Shown one piece after another: positions 27,163 through 39,425 of a stretch of 64,000 nt of DNA. The position numbers were made by a program, and so were the translations under genes. Origin of the DNA: Octopus sinensis (taxonomy: Eukaryota); NCBI RefSeq assembly GCF_006345805.1, contig NC_043017.1, positions 9,982,001 through 10,046,000 on the forward strand, read 5' to 3'. The stretch's first letter is position 1; each line of letters opens with the position of its first letter. The notes beneath the pieces were generated by a model that saw only the letters and a list, made by a program, of their open reading frames with translations, was not told the DNA's origin and ran no database searches.

Positions 27163-27846
27163 AGGGATACAAATCCACGCATGCATAGTCCCACTATCGC
27201 CACAGAATTAGGATCCACAGTGACCTTTGCATCAAGCAGAGAAGCAGAGATAAGATAAGCTACTTACTAAAGTGTTAAGCAGAAAAACAAACAAAAAACA
27301 CTTGAGACAGGCGTTCAGCTCATTTACATAATGGTGTAATGTTAATGACCTGACAATAATTATTAGAGTTCCAATACAGTATGGTTTATGAATAAATAAA
27401 CATCTCTTGGGGCTAATTTCACAGTGAGACTTAATAAGTATCTACTAATATGAGTCCTTGTATTTATTTATTCATAACACATCCCGTATTTTGCCGTAGT
27501 AATTATGACAGATCTACAAGTGTCAGGCCATCTTATTCTCTGGCATTACTCTCACATTTCTAAGCTGTTTCTGTTATTGTGCTTTTCTTCCAGGATTAGA
27601 CCTGACCCACTGATTCTATGAAGAAAGGCATTCCAGCCACTACCATGGCTGTGTGGTTTAGAAGTTTACTTTCCAGCCACATGGTTTAAGGTTCAGTCCT
27701 ACAGTGTGACACCTCACTCGAATGTCTTTTACTATATCCCAGTGTTGATTAAAGCCTTGTGAGTGGATTTGGCAGAGAGAAACTGAAAGAAGGCCATCGT
27801 TATATCAGAAATTAAATAAATGAGAACAAGAAATTATGTAACGAAC

Positions 27847-27969
27847 TTCATTAGCTTACAGCTGTTTCCACCATTAGAAAGCAGTTTAGGTTTGAAGCTC
27901 TGATGAAGCTCTGATGAAGCAATAAGTTGATACACAAGCACTCAGTTATGAGTGCTGTAAGCTAATGAA
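27847..27969. mobile_element. Fold-back remnant of the 54.9-kb hammerhead family
   Basis: TTCATTAGCTTACAGC / GCTGTAAGCTAATGAA inverted ends; duplicated GCTCTGATGAAGC; GAAACAGCTGTA on the minus strand. Confidence 0.6.
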
Positions 27970-28262
27970 TATCATTTGTTTAATTACTTATTCCTCTCTG
28001 TATTTGACTGATGCTTTTTTTCTGAGGCATATGTATACAGTTGACATTTGAAAATCTGACCATTGAAAATCTGGTTCCTTCAGATTTCTGGCATGGATTT
28101 CGGAGCGCATTTTCCATGTTGGCATGTCACTGTTTTCTGGAGGCACCGTTTGTGTTTTGAACCATCACTTTGTCACTATTGCTGCCAGGTCTACGCTGAC
28201 ACAAAGTATGTAGATACCTCATTAAAAATACCCAAGAACCAGTGTGTATATATATATATATA

Positions 28263-28462
28263 TGTGCGGGTGGCACGTAAAAAGCACCCACTACACTCAC
28301 GGAGTGGTTGGCATTAGGAAGGGCATCCAGCCATAGAAACACTGCCAGATTTGACTGGGCCTGATGAAGCCTTCTGGCTTCACAGACCCCAGTAGAACCG
28401 TCCAACCCATGCTAGCATGGAAAACGGACGCTAAACGATGATGATGATGATGATGATGATGA
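28263..28462 (+). mobile_element. SINE family C, same subfamily as the 26.1-27.1 kb copies, inverted relative to them
   Basis: Shares the diagnostic TGTGAAGCCAGAAGGCTTCATCAGGCCCAGTCAAATC. Confidence 0.85.
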
Positions 28463-29765
28463 TATATATATATCCTACATTAGACACACACCCAAGAGCC
28501 AGATTGTATATACTACTCTAAAAACAACCAAGGACCAAGTTGTGGTATTTCACCTGGAAACTGATTAAGTCTTTCAGCTCAAAACAGAAACAGGTCATCT
28601 GACAAGCTTCCTCACAGTTTCCATCAACTATTAAATTTCATCCACATTTCAGTTGACACATTCCCAAGCTGGTGTAAGTTTACATGTAAATATCAGAATA
28701 GAAAATTGTTCTTGTTTTGAGTGTGTGTGTGTGTATGTGTAAATATATATATATATATATTTACACACACACACACATTTCTTAGAGACACAAGACCCCG
28801 TTATTGAAAAAAATCTACCTAACCACATGTCTCAATGGCAAGAAACTATTAGTAGGTCTTATTTTCTTATCTTAATACATTATACATTAAATGACATACA
28901 TATATATATATATATGTTGTGTGAGTGTGTTTATTTTTCTCAAAGTACATTCGCATCTGGTTATAGCAACAATTAGCTTTTAACTTTGGGTTAAAAGAAG
29001 CCTCCATAAGATAAAAATGTCAAGAACTAGTACAGACAGTTATAAAAATAAGAGATATTTCAATGAAATTATTATTATTACTATTACTGGTAATTTTTTT
29101 CATTTAAAAAACATACTATTTGTTATTATAAACATATAAATCTATTTTAAGAAACCAATAAGATCAACTTCCTTCATTGAATACAATGAAATAAGGTGAA
29201 ATATTTCTCTCTTAAACTGTATCAAGAAAATATCCCGTAATGGCTTCTAGGGAGAAACTGAATTTTTATTTCTTCCATTAAATTCTTTTTTTTTTAAATT
29301 GGAAATGTATATCAGAAATTTCACTTATAACATACATACATAGATACATTTTATATATATATATATATATATATACAGGTATACAAACACTCACACATAG
29401 ATGCACACACACATGCATACGTATATGTACACTTCACTGCTACCACCACAGACACATACTGACTTTTGTGCCAATTCTAATGCATTCCACATACAGGCAT
29501 ATGTGTGAAAGCTTGATAGAGTGTTGGTGGGGACAAAGAGATGCAGATAGCTCTGTCTGTCTGTCTTTCATATGTATAGATAGAGATACAGATAAGTATT
29601 TAGATTGGTAGATATGAATTTTTTTAAAAGAAAAAAATAACAAATACCAAGTCAAACTAGAATGTAAATTACTTTGAAATCTGTATTTTCTGTGTATTTC
29701 TTAAATCCAAATCAATACTTGGTGTTCTTTCATTTCTCACAGTAACTAACGAATAACACACACAC

Positions 29766-29813
<48 letters not shown>

Positions 29814-30042
29814 TTCATAATCGGCAGAAGTTACAGAATGATTCAAATGCTGAGAGTTTCATGCATTGACACTTACCAAGGCCATTTCGCATCGACGGTG
29901 CCAGGTGGCATTTATACACAGGTGATAATGATAATTCTCTGTATTTTTACCTTTTTACCTTTTTCATGTGTTGCTTTGCAATCATGTGGTACTCGGGTTC
30001 AATTACTTCTCCTGTGAGGTATCTTGGACAAAAGTGTGTATA

Positions 30043-30870
30043 ATGGAATGCTCCCACACTGCTATAGAGAAGCATCTTCACTCGATGGGAAAGGTTCAGA
30101 AGTATGGACCATGGGTTCTGCATGCTTTAAGTGACAACAACAAAAATCAACAAGCCACTATCTCCACTGGTTTGCTTGCTCATCATCGCTCAACTCATGG
30201 ACACAAGCAACGATTTCTTTACTGAATCGTTACTGGCGACGAAAAATGGTGCCTGTACATCAATATGAAGCAGCGTAAGAATGGCTTAGCCCCGGTAAAC
30301 AAGCGAGACCGCGTGTGAAACAAGATCTTCATCCGCGTAAAATGATGTTATATGTATGGTGGGACTGGGAAGGGATTATCCATTACGAATTGCTTGAACA
30401 GAACTAAATGGTCAACATAAAACTCTATGTTCAACAGATGGAATGACTCAACATGGCGATTCAAGAGAAAAGACCTAATCGGCAGCATGGAGTTCTTCTG
30501 CTGCACAACAACACCCGCCCTCATATTACCAATATGACCAAAGAAGCCATTCAAACGCATGGCTGGGAAGTGCTGCCACACCCGCCGTACTCTCCTGATT
30601 TGGCACCAACGGATTTCCACCTCTTTCGATCTCTTTCAAATGCTATGCACAGAGTTTCATTCAATACTGATGCAGAATTGAGAGCTTGGTTGGATCAATT
30701 TTTCAAGTGGAAATCGGGTGATTTCTACCAACGAGATATTGAAAATCTTGTTGAATGTTGGGAAGAAGTTGTAAACAACAAGGGTGAATACATTATTGAT
30801 TAATTAGTAATTTTTTTATTAGACCTTTTAAAAAATTTAAAACGGTGGGAACTTAGTTGCCAACCCAGTA
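30043..30870 (+). pseudogene. 5'-truncated mariner (DD34D-type) transposase relic with 3' TIR
   Basis: WVLHAL (WVPHEL-like), IVTGDEKW, LLLHNNTRPH, HPPYSPDLAPTDFHLF; several stops and a frameshift; end GAACTTAGTTGCCAACCCAGTA-TA. Confidence 0.92.
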
Positions 30871-31799
30871 TAACAACGTCCAATCGTCTGATTGATCATG
30901 TGATCACATGATATATATATATATATATATATATATAAACACATTACATGGACATGTGTGTGTGTATACGCACACTCTATGCACATATGTACATATGTAT
31001 AAGGTGGCAAGCTGGCAGAATTGTTAGCATGCTGGGTGAAATGCTTACTTGTATTTCATCTGCTGCTGCGTTCTGAATTCAAATTCTGCTGAGGTCCACT
31101 TTGCTTTTCATCCTTTTGAGGTTGATAAATTAAGTACCAGTTGTGTACTGGGGTTTGGTCTAATCAACTAGCCCCTCCCCCAAAAGATCAGGCTTGTGCC
31201 TATAGTAGAAAGGATATATACATACACATCTATCTCCCTATGTGTGTATATTTATATATATATATATGTGTGTGTACGTGTGTGTGTACATACATATACA
31301 TATATATATAAATAAGGGAGTGTGTATTTAACTATATCAATCTCTCTCTCATACATGCATGCATGCATGCTCACAAACATGCATGCACACACACATGCAT
31401 GCACACACACACATGCAAGCATGCATGCACACACACATGCACACACATGCACACACACACTCACACACACATGCACACTCACACACACACATGCACACAC
31501 ACACACCACACTCACACACACATGCACACACACACTCACACACACACATGCACACACACTCACATACACACATGCACATCCTGATTTTATAGATGGCTTC
31601 TATGAATAGCATCCTGCACATGTGCAATTATTTTCGACCTATTAGATTCTCATCCAACAGCCATAACGATAACAATTGAACGGAATTAAAATGTTTGTTC
31701 AATTGTCAGAAGCTATTAATAGAATGGAAAAAAAGCTACATTAGAAGAAATGAAATCTTTTTCTGGTATGTCTACTCTTCTTAATCTCTGGATTAAGAT

Positions 31800-32059
31800 T
31801 ATCTATCTGTCTATGTGTATCTGTCTCTCCATCTATCTATCTATCTGATTGTGTGTCTGTCTGGCTGTCCGTTTATCTCTATCTATCTATCTGTCTGTCT
31901 GTCCATCCACCGATCTGTCCAACTGTCCATCTGTCAATCCTTCTGTCCGTCTGTCCATCTGTCAATCCGTCTGTCCGTCTGTCTATGTATGTATGTATGC
32001 ATGTATGTATGTATGTATCTATCTATCTATTTGCCTGTTCATCTACCTAGCTATCTGTA

Positions 32060-32090
<31 letters not shown>

Positions 32091-32164
32091 GTCTCTCTGT
32101 CCCTCCACCGATCTGTCTGTCTGTCAGTTCCTCCATCGATCTGTCTGTCTGTCCGTCCGTCTGT

Positions 32165-32242
<78 letters not shown>

Positions 32243-32300
32243 CTATCTGTGTAGCTGCCTGTTCATATACCTAGCTATCTGTATATCTATCTATCTATCT
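31800..32300. repeat. (TCTA/TCTG)n tetranucleotide tract
   Basis: Direct reading. Confidence 0.9.
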
Positions 32301-32317
32301 GTAGAGTAAATATTTAT

Positions 32318-32472
32318 TATACTTTTACAAAATGAGAGGTGACAGTGACTTCGAAGTTTCCACCTGCCAGTCTTTGTCAGATTGATAGTCTGATGGAGGT
32401 TAGCAGGCAGAAACTTTGAATTTACTATCAACTCTCTTCTTGTACTATCAACCCTCTTCTTGTAAAAGTATA
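32318..32472. mobile_element. Fold-back element with two oppositely oriented degenerate hammerheads
   Basis: Ends TATACTTTTACAA / TTGTAAAAGTATA; plus strand TTGATAGT-CTGATGG...GAAA-CTTTGAAT-TT-ACTATCAA; minus strand CTGACAA...GAAA-CTTCGAAG-TC-ACTGTCA. Confidence 0.65.
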
Positions 32473-32487
32473 TATATATATATATAT

Positions 32488-32899
32488 CGCAGGAGTGGCT
32501 GTGTGGTATGTAGCTTGCTAACCAACCACATGGTTCCGGGTTCAGTCCCACTGCGTGGCATCTTGGGCAAGTGTCTTCTGCTATAGCCCCAGGCCGACCA
32601 ATGCCTTGTGAGTGGATTTGGTAGACGGAAACTGAAAGAAGCCTGTCGTATATATGTATATATATATATATATGTATGTGTTTGTGTGTCTGTGTTTGTG
32701 CCCCTAGCATTGCTTGACAACCAATGCTGGTGTGTTTACATCCCCGTCACTTAGCGGTTCGGCAAAAGAGACTGATAGAATAAGTACTGGGCTTACAAAG
32801 AATAAGTCCCGGGGTCGATTTGCTCGACTAAAGGCGGTGCTCCAGCATGGCCGCAGTCAAATGACTGAAACAAGTAAAAGAGTAAAAGAATAAAAGAGT
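32488..32899 (+). mobile_element. Full-length SINE family A
   Basis: Highly similar to 1859-2271. Confidence 0.88.
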
Positions 32900-33040
32900 A
32901 TATATATATATATGTATATGATGTGTGTGTGTGTATAAAAATTTTAAATATAGGGTAAAAATTGAATATTAATTTTCTACCAGTGGCCAGTGTGAGTAAA
33001 AATGTCTGTAGACTGCAAATATTTTAATATTATATGTGTG

Positions 33041-33434
33041 TATAGGAGTTATACATTGAGGGAAAGCCACTAAGTGGTTTTCCATCACGCCAGAAATAGG
33101 AGTTAAATCCCAAACCATGGAAAAGCTCTTTTTATTCTGGCATGTTGAATGTAGGCAGGCAGGACAATTTGAGAGAATTCAAAAATGATTAGTCATTCCT
33201 GTACTTCGAAGTTTCACCCTTAACAATTAACTACACTAATTAATTAATTAATCATTGCGTTAAACTGTCTGTGACTCATCAGTGGGAATCGCTATTGACA
33301 TACAAATACAAAAACTCGAATACACACAGCATGAGAAGAGCTTTAAAGAATTTTTCATGGTTTGGAATTTAACTCCCATTTCTAGCATGATGGAGAACCA
33401 CTTAGTGACTTTCCCTCAGAGTATTACTCCTATA
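33041..33434. mobile_element. ~390-bp element with ~85-100-bp imperfect inverted termini enclosing a hammerhead motif
   Basis: 33041-33124 is the imperfect reverse complement of 33351-33434; TATA at both ends. Confidence 0.8.
33196..33288 (-). ncRNA. Type-I hammerhead motif with extended stem II
   Basis: UUCCCA-CUGAUGA-long AU-rich hairpin-GAAA-CUUCGAAG (palindrome)-UA-CAGGAA. Confidence 0.65.
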
Positions 33435-33438
33435 CGTT

Positions 33439-33710
33439 GAGGCGCAATGGCCCAGTGGTTAGGGCAGCGGACTCGCGGTCAGAGGATCGCGGTTTCAACT
33501 ACCAGACCGGGCGTTGTGTGTATTTATTGAGCAAAAACACCTAAAAGCTCCACGAGGCTCCAGCAGGGGGTGGTGGTGACCCCTGTTGTACTCTTTCGCC
33601 ACAACTTTCTCTCACTCTCTCTTCCTCTTTCTTGAGTAATGCTGCGATGGACTGGTGTCCCGTCCAGCTGGGGGGGAACACATACGCCACAGAAATCAGG
33701 AAACCTGAGG
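33439..33710 (+). mobile_element. tRNA-derived SINE family D (V-domain-like 3' part)
   Basis: TGGCCCAGTGGTTAGGGC A box; GCGATGGACTGGTGTCCCGTCCAG resembles the V-SINE core. Confidence 0.7.
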
Positions 33711-33749
33711 CTATAGTAGAAGGCACTTGCTCTAGGTGACATGCAATGG

Positions 33750-34115
33750 GACTGAAACGCAGAAGGATGTGGTTGGATAGCAAGCTTCTTACCGCACATC
33801 CACACCAGCCCCTATGACACATAGTCCTTCCAGTTTCTTTCCACCAGGCCCTTTGATAACACATTGGTGACACATTCATTTTGCAGTCAACATTTCAATA
33901 AAGATAAGCAAAGAACAACAACGAACAATAATAGACTGAAACGCAGAAGGATATGGTTGGATAGCAAGCTTCTTACCGCACATCCACTCCAGCCCCTATG
34001 ACACATAGTCCTTCCAGTTTCTTTCCACCAGGCCCTTTGATAACACATTGCTGACACATTCATTTTGCAGTCAACATTTCAATAAAGATAAGCAAAGAAC
34101 AACAACGAACAATAA
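33750..34115. repeat. 184-bp direct tandem duplication
   Basis: 33750-33933 is repeated at 33934-34115 with about 3 substitutions. Confidence 0.92.
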
Positions 34116-34879
34116 AAGATGTAATCTGTGGTTATTTAATATTTCAAAACAAGCTTTATTTAATTTTTTTCTCTCTTTCTGTAAAACATTATCAGAACAT
34201 TAGAATAAAATTTCATATTTTAAACAGCAATTTCACAGGAAATAGTCCAAGACATTCATTATCCTTGATTATGGATTTTCTTTTGATTTTTAATTATACT
34301 CTTTTGAGAATAAATAAATAAATATGTATATATATATAGATATAGATATAAATATAAATATATAAATAAATAAAAAAAAAACCAATAACATTGCAACAGA
34401 AATGATGCCAGACCATTTTCCATTTAATTCTAGACATTAAAAATGTCCACATTCGGGGAAAATATTAACAACAATTATATAACAATGAATGATGCAAAAT
34501 ACCGCAATACTGTTTTTCCTCTTTTAGCAGAAGCTGTACAAATATTTAAACAAATAAAATTTACAGAAAAAGCATGAAACATTCCTGCCTCACAATTCTT
34601 TTTGTTTTTATGTTGTTTTTTTTTTTCTACTTTTTCTGGGATTAGAACCATTTAGACAAATTTACCGACCCTCATCAAGATTTTGCTGAGAGATGAGGGT
34701 TTAAACAATGGAAGCCTTGACTACAGAGTCTTTTCAGAAAAATCATGGCAGACTTAGCAAAAATAAAACTTGAATTTTAAGGGAAGAATTTTTTTATTCT
34801 CTTTAGTTTAATTTGAAATATATATATATATATATATTAGTCATCTAAGAATCCATAAGTCAGAAAAAACAGGCACTCA

Positions 34880-35041
34880 TATTACAGGTTCATATCAGTT
34901 GATTTTATCAAAATTAGTTTTGCACATGAGTTAGGCAATGACTTAAGATACTGTTCATCAACTCTTCTGACAAGCAGTGTTGGTTATCATCTAAGTCATA
35001 TATGAAACTAATAAGCAAAATCAGCTGAAATGGATTTGTAA

Positions 35042-35043
<2 letters not shown>
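34880..35043. repeat. Imperfect fold-back element between (TA)n tracts
   Basis: TATTACAGGTTCATATCAGTTGATTTT... / ...AAAATCAGCTGAAATGGATTTGTAATA. Confidence 0.6.
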
Positions 35044-35087
<44 letters not shown>

Positions 35088-35095
35088 ATATATAG

Positions 35096-35284
35096 ATGTT
35101 CCAGAACCTGAGGTTTCATGCTGACAAGCGTCAAGAATTATTGAACATGAATTGGAATAGTAGCTGATACTCAGCTATCATCAATTATAATGATGGAGCT
35201 GTCATTTGTGATTTTAATTGTAACACAAAAAACTTTTCTTGACTTTTGTCATCATACAGCAGGGAACCTTGGGTTCTTGAATAT
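35096..35284. repeat. Imperfect fold-back or MITE-like element
   Basis: ATGTTCCAGAACCTGAGGTTTC..TGACAAGCGTCAAGAA / TTCTTGACTTTTGTCA..GGAACCTTGGGTTCTTGAATAT. Confidence 0.55.
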
Positions 35285-36168
35285 TAACATAAGTTGCATT
35301 AAAAACAACTGGTTATCTACCTTCCAGTATTGAGTACTCTTTATTCTTCCAGTTTGTTACTTATGTGTGTATGTATTTATAACAGAAGCAATAGAGCTGG
35401 GAAATGAAATATATGGGAGACTTTCTGGATCACAACGATTGTTTTGACACATCTAGCATTGCTCCCTCATGGATGGGAAATTATACAATCAATTTTGGTG
35501 CATCCCGGTACAGCAGTATCTCATTAGGTGATGTAAATATGTACCTCATTACATAAGCAGTGTTCCATTCATTCAGATTCATTAGAGTATACTGTTAGTG
35601 GTTGTAGCTTAAATACATTGAGAAGAAAATGTATGTATATATGTATGTATGTATACACACACATGCTAGCACAAATTTGTATTCACATACATATAGTAAT
35701 GATGCACAGCTTGTCCAAATTAAAGAACAGAGTATTCAATATCAAGATAAAAGTATATGTGTAAATGTATATGTGTGTGTGTGCATGTGCGAGTGTGTGT
35801 GTGTGTGTGAGTGTATTTTGTCCGTTCAGTCTGGATGAATGATTTGTGCCTATATTAATTCATATTTTGGTTAAGTCTGTCCCTTACAACCCTGGAGTTT
35901 TGCCTGTATGCTCGCAAAGTCATTGGGTAAGTTATGAATCTTTACTTGCCTGATGACAGTGAATGTACTGACAAAATTCAGAAAAATGAAACACTGACAA
36001 AACCCAAATAAAAATATTAAAAGCCACTATCTTACTAAATACTTTTTCTTCTGCACAAATCCTCTCCCTCTCTCTCTTTCTTTCTGTCCCTCATATATAT
36101 ATATGTGTGTGTACACTCGCACACACACACACATGTATATATGTAAAACTTCCACACGAAGAGGAGTG

Positions 36169-36212
36169 ACAGCAACTTCATAGTTTCAGACTATTAGCCT
36201 TCATCAGACTGT
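36169..36212 (-). ncRNA. Complete minimal type-I hammerhead ribozyme motif
   Basis: ACAGU-CUGAUGA-AGGCU-aau-AGUCU-GAAA-CU-auga-AG-UU-GCUGU: core intact, all three stems pair, GUU triplet; degenerate inverted partner at ~36263-36310. Confidence 0.75.
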
Positions 36213-37216
36213 ACTACACTTGCCAAACCTTATACAGAGCCAAAAGAAACCTATATGTAGCATAGTCTGATGAACACTTTTAGGACAAAACTTTGAAATC
36301 ACTGCTACCCCTTTTCTGGTAAAACTGTTATAAACATGTACTCTACCAAAAAGTATTAATTCTTCAGTTTAACGTTGAATTGTTTTCATGTACAACTTGA
36401 CATAAAAGCATACATTCATATACATGCATACACACACACACACACATACACATATCAGATGGTGTTTTTAAAGTAAATATAAACAGTAGATGCTATTCAC
36501 TGTAAAAACAAAATAAAAGGACAAATATTTTATTAGATGAAATACAGTTTGGATGTAACGTCAAAGTTTAGGCGTTCTCTAGGAGACTTCAAAGTTACTG
36601 TCTCTCAGTATTTATGTTTGATGATGATAAAAATAATTATAATGATAATAATAACAATAATAATAATAATGATAATAATAATTGCTTCTTACATAGGCCC
36701 AAGGCCAAAAAAATTAGTTGAAGCATGTAGTTGATTAAACCGTGTCAAGGACTTGCAAGTTATTTTCTCTCAGATGAGCGGCAGAAGAGCCTCAACTTCT
36801 CTGGGTCCATTGTGGTGTCTGTGAATGGCCTTCTTCTGTAGGCAATTCCATTCCATGACATACTAATCAACCTGTGGCTGGGAACCTCAAAACTCTGCAC
36901 AAACCATTTCAGCTATAATCATAATATTCATTTTGCAGTTTGTTCTACACCAACACCACCACCACAAGTTCTTCATACATCCAATGGCAAGAGGGAAAGA
37001 GGTGATGGGGACAGGTAGCAGTTGCTATTGGAAGTCTGAAGACTTGTGTGCTTTGACCCTGCACACAAATGGCCATAAGATAGTGGACTGATTTTAGTTG
37101 TGCCTTGACACTCTCATTGCTTAGATGAATAAGCACACCAATCACAGCTATGCACACAGACACAGATACACTATATTATAATATCGTCTTATATTATATC
37201 ATTATATCACATTATA

Positions 37217-37613
37217 TCTTTATATATAAAAGAGAAGTTGTGTGTCTGTCTCCTACGATTTAGATTCCTAACTACTCCCACATTTTGCGGTGCAGTTTAA
37301 CCAAAACCGGGTATCTTATAGTCGTGATTCATATCGAGCCCTTCTGGGTATTAGCGCACGTCTACGATGAGTCTACAATTTTAAAAATAATTTACCATCA
37401 TTTTTTTCCATTTTAATGCATTTTTTCGCTATTATATAAGGGAAGTAACTCTCTAAAAATGTCTACGATGAGTCAACGATTTAAAAAAAAATTTACCATA
37501 ATTTTTTTTCCATTTTTAATGTATTTTTTTGCTATTTTTTGGCTATAACTCTCTAAAAATGCTTTATAGTTATTTCCCTTACAAACCCGAGCAACGCCGG
37601 GCGATACTGCTAG
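37217..37613 (+). mobile_element. Non-autonomous Helitron
   Basis: A|TC start (TCTTTATATATAAA), subterminal hairpin CCCGAGCAACGCCGGG, CTAG|T end, internal ~120-bp duplication. Confidence 0.85.
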
Positions 37614-37627
37614 TTTACTATATTATA

Positions 37628-38067
37628 CTGGATGTCCATAAATTACCTTTACAGTTAGGAAACTTATAAGTCAGGGATAATAATAAACACCTTTAACCCT
37701 TTAGTGTTCAGATTACTTTGTCAAATGTGATGTTTGTTTATTTATATTGTTTTGAATTAATCATGTATTATCTTGTAGTTTAGAGGTTTCAGTGATGTAA
37801 TTTTTTTAGTTTTAGAATGTCATGGTAGGGCTGAGGTGAGAGGCGAGGTCTGGTCAGTTTCAGTATAAAACAGGTTAAATATTTTGGCCGGATATGGCCG
37901 GTTTGAACGCTAAAGGGTTAAAGATTAACGAAAGTAATTCAAATATTAAAACAATATTAAAATTTTAATAATATTTATTTAACATGCAAAGAAGTATATC
38001 GATGGATCTCAACGTTAATAGATTCAATTTGCTGTGGAAGTTATAAAAGTAATTTATGAACACCCTG
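37628..38067. mobile_element. Tc1/mariner-type MITE (TA TSD) interrupted by a piggyBac-type MITE
   Basis: TA-CTGGATGTCCATAAATTACCTTTA / TAAAAGTAATTTATGAACACCCTG-TA. Confidence 0.7.
37697..37917. mobile_element. piggyBac-type MITE family 1
   Basis: TTAA TSD; TIR CCCTTTAG(T/C)GTTCA. Confidence 0.85.
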
Positions 38068-38356
38068 TACAGTATTGGCAATAGGGAAAAGTTACCCTCA
38101 GACTGTCAGACAAAAAGGGTTGAGCTAAATGCTTGTAAGAGAGTGAGCTCTGTTAAAAGCACAAAAGGAGTCAAGTGGTGGTTTTAAACCCAGACAATGG
38201 ATTGAACCAAATAGAAATGAGGAGGGGTGGACAGTAGGAAAGTATTTTACTGAATAAACTATTCCTCATTATCATTGACCAAAGCTCCAAGCATTGAAAA
38301 ATAATAACTGAACCATTTAATGAAATCACAGAATACAATGGTCATGTGTACATGTC

Positions 38357-38400
<44 letters not shown>

Positions 38401-38403
<3 letters not shown>

Positions 38404-39083
38404 TAACCGTGCCAGTGGAACATTAAAAGCACCATCCGAGCGTGATTGTTACCAGGGCCAATGACTGACTCCCTTGCCAGTCGCACATAAAAAGCACCAT
38501 TTGAGCATGATCGTTACCAGCATCACCTTACTGGTACCTGTGCCAGTGGCATGTGAAAAACAACATTTGAGCATGGTTGTTGCCAGTGCTGCTGGACTGG
38601 CTCCTGTGCAGGTGGCATGTAAAAAACCCCATTTGAACATGACTGTTGCCAGAACCGCCTGACTGGCCCCTGTCCGGTGGCACATAAAAGCACCCACTAC
38701 ACTCTCAGAGTGGTTGGCATTAGGAAGGGCATCCAGCTGTAGAAACTTTGGTGGATCAGATTGGAGCCTGGTGCAGCCTTCTGGCTTGCAGGTCCTCGGT
38801 CAAACCTATTTCTTTACTACCCACAAAGGGACAAACGAGGACAGACAAACGGATTAAGTCGATTATATCGACCCCAGTGTGTAACTGGTACTTATTTAAT
38901 TGACCCCGAAGGGATGAAAGGCAAAATTGACCTCGGCGGAATTTGAACTCAGAACGTAACGGCAGACGAACTACGGCTATGCATTTCGCCCGGCGTGCTA
39001 ACGTTTCTGCCAGCTCGCTCACCTCAGTCAAACCGTCCAACCCATGCTAGCATGGAAAGCGAACGTTAAACGCTGATGATGAC
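38401..39083 (+). mobile_element. SINE family C with a nested SINE family B (38807-39021, minus)
   Basis: 13-bp TSD CCTC(G/A)GTCAAACC at 38794-38806 and 39022-39034. Confidence 0.85.
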
Positions 39084-39205
39084 ACAGGAGTGCAAATTTG
39101 CACAGAAGGACATCAAAGGAATACACAGAAAAACCACATACATCATGTAAGCATGCTCATCCCTCACACACACATGTACACACAGCAAGACTAAATGTTT
39201 ATTAA

Positions 39206-39425
39206 CCCTTTAGTGTTCAGATTACTCTGTTAAATGTAATACTTTTTCACTCAAATTGTTTTTAATTAATCATGCATTATCTTATAGCTTTGAGGTTTCA
39301 ATGACGTGATTGTTCATTTTTAGAATGTCAATGTAGGTTAGGCGTGAAAGGCCTGATCTGGTCAGTCTAAACATAAAATAGGTAGAAAACTTCAGCCGGA
39401 TATGGCCAGTTTAAACACTAAAGGG
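39206..39425. mobile_element. piggyBac-type MITE family 1
   Basis: TTAA TSD; CCCTTTAGTGTT TIRs. Confidence 0.85.

Noticed and set aside
28355-28400. CTGATGA followed by an AGCC/GGCT hairpin in SINE C
   Set aside because: No GAAA or stem III follows, and other SINE C copies read CTGGTGCA here
35948-35990. CTGATGA-CAGT...ACTG possible hammerhead
   Set aside because: Followed by ACAAAA rather than GAAA, with no convincing stems I and III
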